This document shows positions 23,942 through 27,110 of a stretch of DNA of 27,110 nt, piece by piece. The DNA is from Patescibacteria group bacterium. GTDB lineage: Bacteria > Patescibacteriota > Microgenomatia > UBA1400 > MFAQ01. The stretch covers positions 1 to 27,110 of the forward strand of contig DASVZW010000069.1 in assembly GCA_036391475.1 (NCBI GenBank), given 5' to 3'. Both the position numbers and the translations under genes were made by a program. The notes beneath the pieces are model-generated. The model made no database searches. It was not told where the DNA came from and saw nothing but the letters and a program-made list of their open reading frames with translations. Each line of letters opens with the position of its first letter. The first letter of the stretch is position 1.

Positions 23942-25669
23942 ATGGCTTCTGAAGCAGAAAACGTTGAGCGTGGAAAAATAACTCAAGAAGATAGAGAAAG
24001 AATAAGGCCGACAACGACGTGGGAAGAATATAGCGCGGCACAAAAGGAAAAAAATAAGAAAGCTGAGATGTTTGTGACTTATGTACTGCAAAATACGGAT
24101 TTTGCCAATGAAAAATTGGCTCCACTGAAAGAAAAGACTCCGGGGGAAATATTGGATATGGAAGATAAGGGCGGAGAAGTTTTTTTAAGAGCAGCACAGT
24201 TGGCAATAAAGGAATTGGTGACTCACGGGGTGTTGGTCAAAAATGAAGAAGGTGAATATTTGTTAAAACCATTCTCAGATCTTGATGGCAAATGTTGTTT
24301 GGGTTTAATGGAAATGGCCGGCTTAACCAGTGGAGCAAAAATTACTTATGTGGAACCGGGAAAAGAAGTGAAGGGGGCAGTAATGATGGATACCGGAGGC
24401 AGAAATGTAGAGTATGAAGAGGGTTCAATGTATATAGACCATCACGCCGATGATTCCAAAAGCGGAACCAGTGCCACAGAAGAGACTTACGATATTTTAT
24501 TTAGGTGCGGGCTAATTCAACCGACAATGGCTTTGGAAGGAATGGCCGACTTTGTGACGGGAATGGATAATGGTTCGTATCCCGGAATGCATAAAAAAGA
24601 AAATTTTTTGAATTCCTGGAAAACAATGATTGGTATGTCAAGGTTTTTAGGTTTCCAGGAGATGAAGGAGTATTTTTCAGATTTACGCAATGACCCATTA
24701 AGACCGCTTGGTTTTAACAGGATGGATAAATGGCCGATCGGGACAAATAAAAAACTGAACGATAGGTCTAATGAAATGAAGATCGACATCAATAGATCGG
24801 TGGATGCGGTTGAACGATTAAGAGACGAGCATATGTATGTCGAGACAAAGAAATACGGAAAAGTGTTAGTAGATATCGGTAAACAAGTGCCGTTGGGTAG
24901 GGATGCTGCATTTGCTTTGGGGTTCGATACTTATTTGGGATGGAACCCAGATAATAATGGGTTCGTTATAAATTCAACCAGGAAAATAACCGATGAATTG
25001 GCACAAGGTTTTGGAGTAAGAGAGTACATGTGGTTGAAGCCAAGAAATGTGGGTGGAGATTTGACGCTGAGACTAGATGAAGTGTTGGACACCTTAGCGG
25101 GTGGAACGGCCTGGACAGAAGGGAAATTGGCGGAGTATCTAAATAAGGGAATTAAATCAGATAAAGAAGCGGAAGAAGAAGGTTTGGCCGGTTTTTTCGA
25201 TCCCGATAGAGAAGAAAAAGAAGTAACCGAAGAACTGGCCGGAATATTTGATCCTGACCTTCAAGAAGAAAATGAGGAGGTAATTCCCGAGGAGATCGAA
25301 GAACAGCCTTTGGTAGAAATATTAGCCGAACAGGCGACCCCGGAGGTAGTCAGTGTTCCTGAAATAGAAACGGTAGAGGCAATTGAGCCTGAACCAAGCC
25401 TGGAAAGAGAGGAGGAATTGGACGAAGGAATTACAGCCGAATCCGAGACGAGACTGATCAACGAAGCTGAGAAGCTAAACCTGGAAAAACTGGAACAGGA
25501 AGCAATAAGAAGAAAACAGTGGGATCTGGTCCAGCAGTTAAGAAGCGAGTATGCCGCCAAAGAAGAGGAAAGGAACAATCGTTTTAGCTTGGTAAATCTT
25601 TTTAACGGAAAGTTGTGGAAAAGAGCGGTAAATAGCACTAAATCTTGGTGGAGAAGGGTGTTCGGATAA
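23942..25669 (+). CDS. DHH-like phosphoesterase domain with long acidic tail and basic amphipathic C-terminus
   Basis: Motifs in DHH order: SDLDG, MMDTGG, YIDHH, TSA, GMDN. Glu-rich tail; ends LWKRAVNSTKSWWRRVFG. Confidence 0.55.
   Translation: MASEAENVERGKITQEDRERIRPTTTWEEYSAAQKEKNKKAEMFVTYVLQNTDFANEKLAPLKEKTPGEILDMEDKGGEVFLRAAQLAIKELVTHGVLVKNEEGEYLLKPFSDLDGKCCLGLMEMAGLTSGAKITYVEPGKEVKGAVMMDTGGRNVEYEEGSMYIDHHADDSKSGTSATEETYDILFRCGLIQPTMALEGMADFVTGMDNGSYPGMHKKENFLNSWKTMIGMSRFLGFQEMKEYFSDLRNDPLRPLGFNRMDKWPIGTNKKLNDRSNEMKIDINRSVDAVERLRDEHMYVETKKYGKVLVDIGKQVPLGRDAAFALGFDTYLGWNPDNNGFVINSTRKITDELAQGFGVREYMWLKPRNVGGDLTLRLDEVLDTLAGGTAWTEGKLAEYLNKGIKSDKEAEEEGLAGFFDPDREEKEVTEELAGIFDPDLQEENEEVIPEEIEEQPLVEILAEQATPEVVSVPEIETVEAIEPEPSLEREEELDEGITAESETRLINEAEKLNLEKLEQEAIRRKQWDLVQQLRSEYAAKEEERNNRFSLVNLFNGKLWKRAVNSTKSWWRRVFG
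25184..25285 (+). repeat. Two imperfect 51-bp (17-aa) coding repeats, LAG(F/I)FDPDxxExxE
   Basis: TTGGCCGGT... at 25184 and CTGGCCGGA... at 25235. Confidence 0.65.
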
Positions 25670-25681
25670 TAGCTTATAGTA

Positions 25682-25739
25682 TTGATTTTAGGCATCTATT
25701 GTGATAAAATCCTCTTAATCTTACGTCTTGTACCTTAAC
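25682..25739 (+). promoter_or_regulatory. sigma70-type promoter plus leader motif GTACCTTAAC of unit U8
   Basis: TTGATT(25682-25687), 17 nt ending in TG-A, TAAAAT(25705-25710), then CCTC; GTACCTTAAC at 25730-25739. Confidence 0.75.
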
Positions 25740-25754
25740 TGAATGGAGGAAAAT

Positions 25755-26621
25755 ATGCGTAAAGTTTTGGCTTGGACTTTGTCTTTGGCTTTTTTGGTTG
25801 GTCTGATCGGTACACCCGCTTCGTTAGTTTTAGCAAGCGGTGGATTTACTCAAGTGGCGGGATCGGCTTTTGTCTATAACAGCATCCCGGCACCGGTAGG
25901 TCAAACTGTGAATTTTTATTGTGCAGGCACCTTTGCCGGTCAATCGACCGTAACCACGGTAGGGGTTTTAAATACTACCGACATTGGCTCGGCTAATGGA
26001 ACTCTTTGTCATGAAGGTGATGAAGTCACGGCGATGGTGGGACCTTTCAGAGCCCTGGTCACACCCCGTCTTTTTTGGGCGAACGACAGTGTAGTCCACC
26101 AGATCACCGCCCGGGCGATCGACACCGAATACACCATCGATATCCAGTCGGCTTCAACCCAGCTGGTGAACCTTCCATTGGCTTTTGAGTTGCCAATCGG
26201 CTTGAGATACGAGGACTATAACACCGGAAAAACGGACACAGTGTATTTTATGAGTTCCGGGTCAGGTATGTCTTTTGATGCAAAGTCCTTTGAGTTTTTA
26301 TCGGCCAACGGCATGCCTTTTTCAAAGGTTTACTATGATCGTTATGTATGCAGCGGGATTGGTCTTAAATACGATAAGTCCGGTCAGACATCACTGGTTT
26401 CGGTAACAAATAATTCCGGCCAGGTGATGCAAGTGATGTTGACTTTGGACGGAACGACCAATCCGGCCGGTTTGTTGAATCCCGGCGGAAGCTTCTCGGT
26501 AGAATCCGATGTTCCCGGTGCCGTAGCTCTTTTGAAAGACGGCGTTTCGGGGAGCCAGTGTGTCAGCGTTGGCTGGAACTTAAGAATCCAGAAAATTTTT
26601 CTTCCTTTTGTCAAAAAATGA
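25755..26621 (+). CDS. Secreted beta-rich orphan protein ending in IFLPFVKK (unit U8; start reassigned from 25743 to ATG 25755)
   Basis: SD GGAGG(25745-25749)-AAAAT-ATG; signal peptide MRKVLAW...ASLVLA; four Cys. Confidence 0.72.
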   Translation: MRKVLAWTLSLAFLVGLIGTPASLVLASGGFTQVAGSAFVYNSIPAPVGQTVNFYCAGTFAGQSTVTTVGVLNTTDIGSANGTLCHEGDEVTAMVGPFRALVTPRLFWANDSVVHQITARAIDTEYTIDIQSASTQLVNLPLAFELPIGLRYEDYNTGKTDTVYFMSSGSGMSFDAKSFEFLSANGMPFSKVYYDRYVCSGIGLKYDKSGQTSLVSVTNNSGQVMQVMLTLDGTTNPAGLLNPGGSFSVESDVPGAVALLKDGVSGSQCVSVGWNLRIQKIFLPFVKK

Positions 26622-26631
26622 TGTTGTAATG

Positions 26632-26657
26632 GGCACCTCGTAAGAGGTGCCTTTTTT
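26632..26657 (+). terminator. Intrinsic terminator of unit U8
   Basis: GGCACCTC-GTAA-GAGGTGCC followed by T6. Confidence 0.85.
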
Positions 26658-26697
26658 ATGGCTTTATTCAATAGTGTGGTGGGTGCTAACATGAAAT

Positions 26698-27110
26698 ATG
26701 GAAAATAATGAAGATAAATTGATGAAAATTTATTTTGGAGGTTGGTATCAAAGAACAACGCTTCACTTGACGGAAGTGTTTAATATGATGAATTCCGGAT
26801 CAAGTTATTTAAATCTTAATAAAGAAAAACTTAAGAGATTAAGTGAGGGTTTGGATTTGGTCGAAGTCAGCCGGGAGGTTGGTTATTTGGAGTTTATTAG
26901 AGCCAAGACTAAAGATGGCGTAGTCATCCGTTATTATGAAGACGGATTGTACGTAATGGAAAAGGAAGCTAAGGATGTAGCCGGGGAGAGCGAAGTCTTG
27001 GAAAAATATTACAAAGAGAGGTTTGAACCGGCCATTAATTATTTATTTTCATTGGGAGCCCCGACACCGAAAGAGTTGGCGAATATTAAATCCAAACATC
27101 AGGTGGCGGT
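26698..27110 (+). CDS. Conserved hypothetical protein, N-terminal part (3' truncated; absent from the ORF track)
   Basis: Frame is open from ATG 26698 (alternative ATG 26722) to the window end: MENNEDKLMKIYFGGWYQRTTLHLTEVFN...IRYYEDGLY...PAINYLFSLGAPTPKELA. TG-C-TAACAT lies 5 nt before ATG 26698. Confidence 0.75.
   Translation, partial: MENNEDKLMKIYFGGWYQRTTLHLTEVFNMMNSGSSYLNLNKEKLKRLSEGLDLVEVSREVGYLEFIRAKTKDGVVIRYYEDGLYVMEKEAKDVAGESEVLEKYYKERFEPAINYLFSLGAPTPKELANIKSKHQVA

Noticed and set aside
12221-26657. Integron cassette array, prophage or ICE as an explanation of the orphan units
   Set aside because: No integrase, attC sites, structural phage genes or att repeats were seen. The units have their own promoters and alternate with conserved genes on both strands.
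24501-26758. Antisense ORFs 24517-24792, 25261-25695 and 26384-26758
   Set aside because: They are mirror frames of real + strand genes. The Ser/Leu runs simply reflect the Glu-rich tail.
1-27110. CRISPR array, tRNA, rRNA, tmRNA, DGR or retron
   Set aside because: No regularly spaced repeats, cloverleaf/T-loop signatures, reverse transcriptase or template/variable repeat pair were seen by eye. A covariance search was not run.

Overview
This is a bacterial chromosomal segment. It is probably Patescibacteria/CPR, Microgenomates-like; that is inferred from the pilin style, the many orphan genes and the near-absence of Shine-Dalgarno (SD) sites on conserved genes. TGA is used as a stop, so the code is 11. 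The left half (1-12.2 kb) is a + strand block: a partial RNase J-like beta-CASP gene, receiver / CHASE-PAS histidine kinase / receiver, a type IV pilus (T2SS-like) cluster (pilB, pilC, four minor pilins, a PilM-like/LytR_C fusion, a major pilin) and galU. The right half (12.2-27.1 kb) interleaves recognisable single genes with 8 short units carrying 14 orphan ORFs. The recognisable genes are Nudix-like, DUF5698, HD, MBL hydrolase, SOD/CHRD-like lipoprotein, DUF4349, GGDEF, HAD and DHH-like. The main observation is that two expression grammars coexist. Conserved genes are mostly leaderless or translationally coupled, with a -10 box 5-9 nt before the ATG and no SD. All 14 orphan genes have a strong AGGAG/GGAGG SD. 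Each of the 8 orphan units has its own sigma70-type promoter with a C-rich discriminator and its own intrinsic terminator, and most have a shared boxA-like leader motif (GYAC(C/T)TTAA). I found no tRNA, rRNA, CRISPR array, integrase, transposase or reverse transcriptase. All family assignments come from motif recognition by eye, not from database searches.
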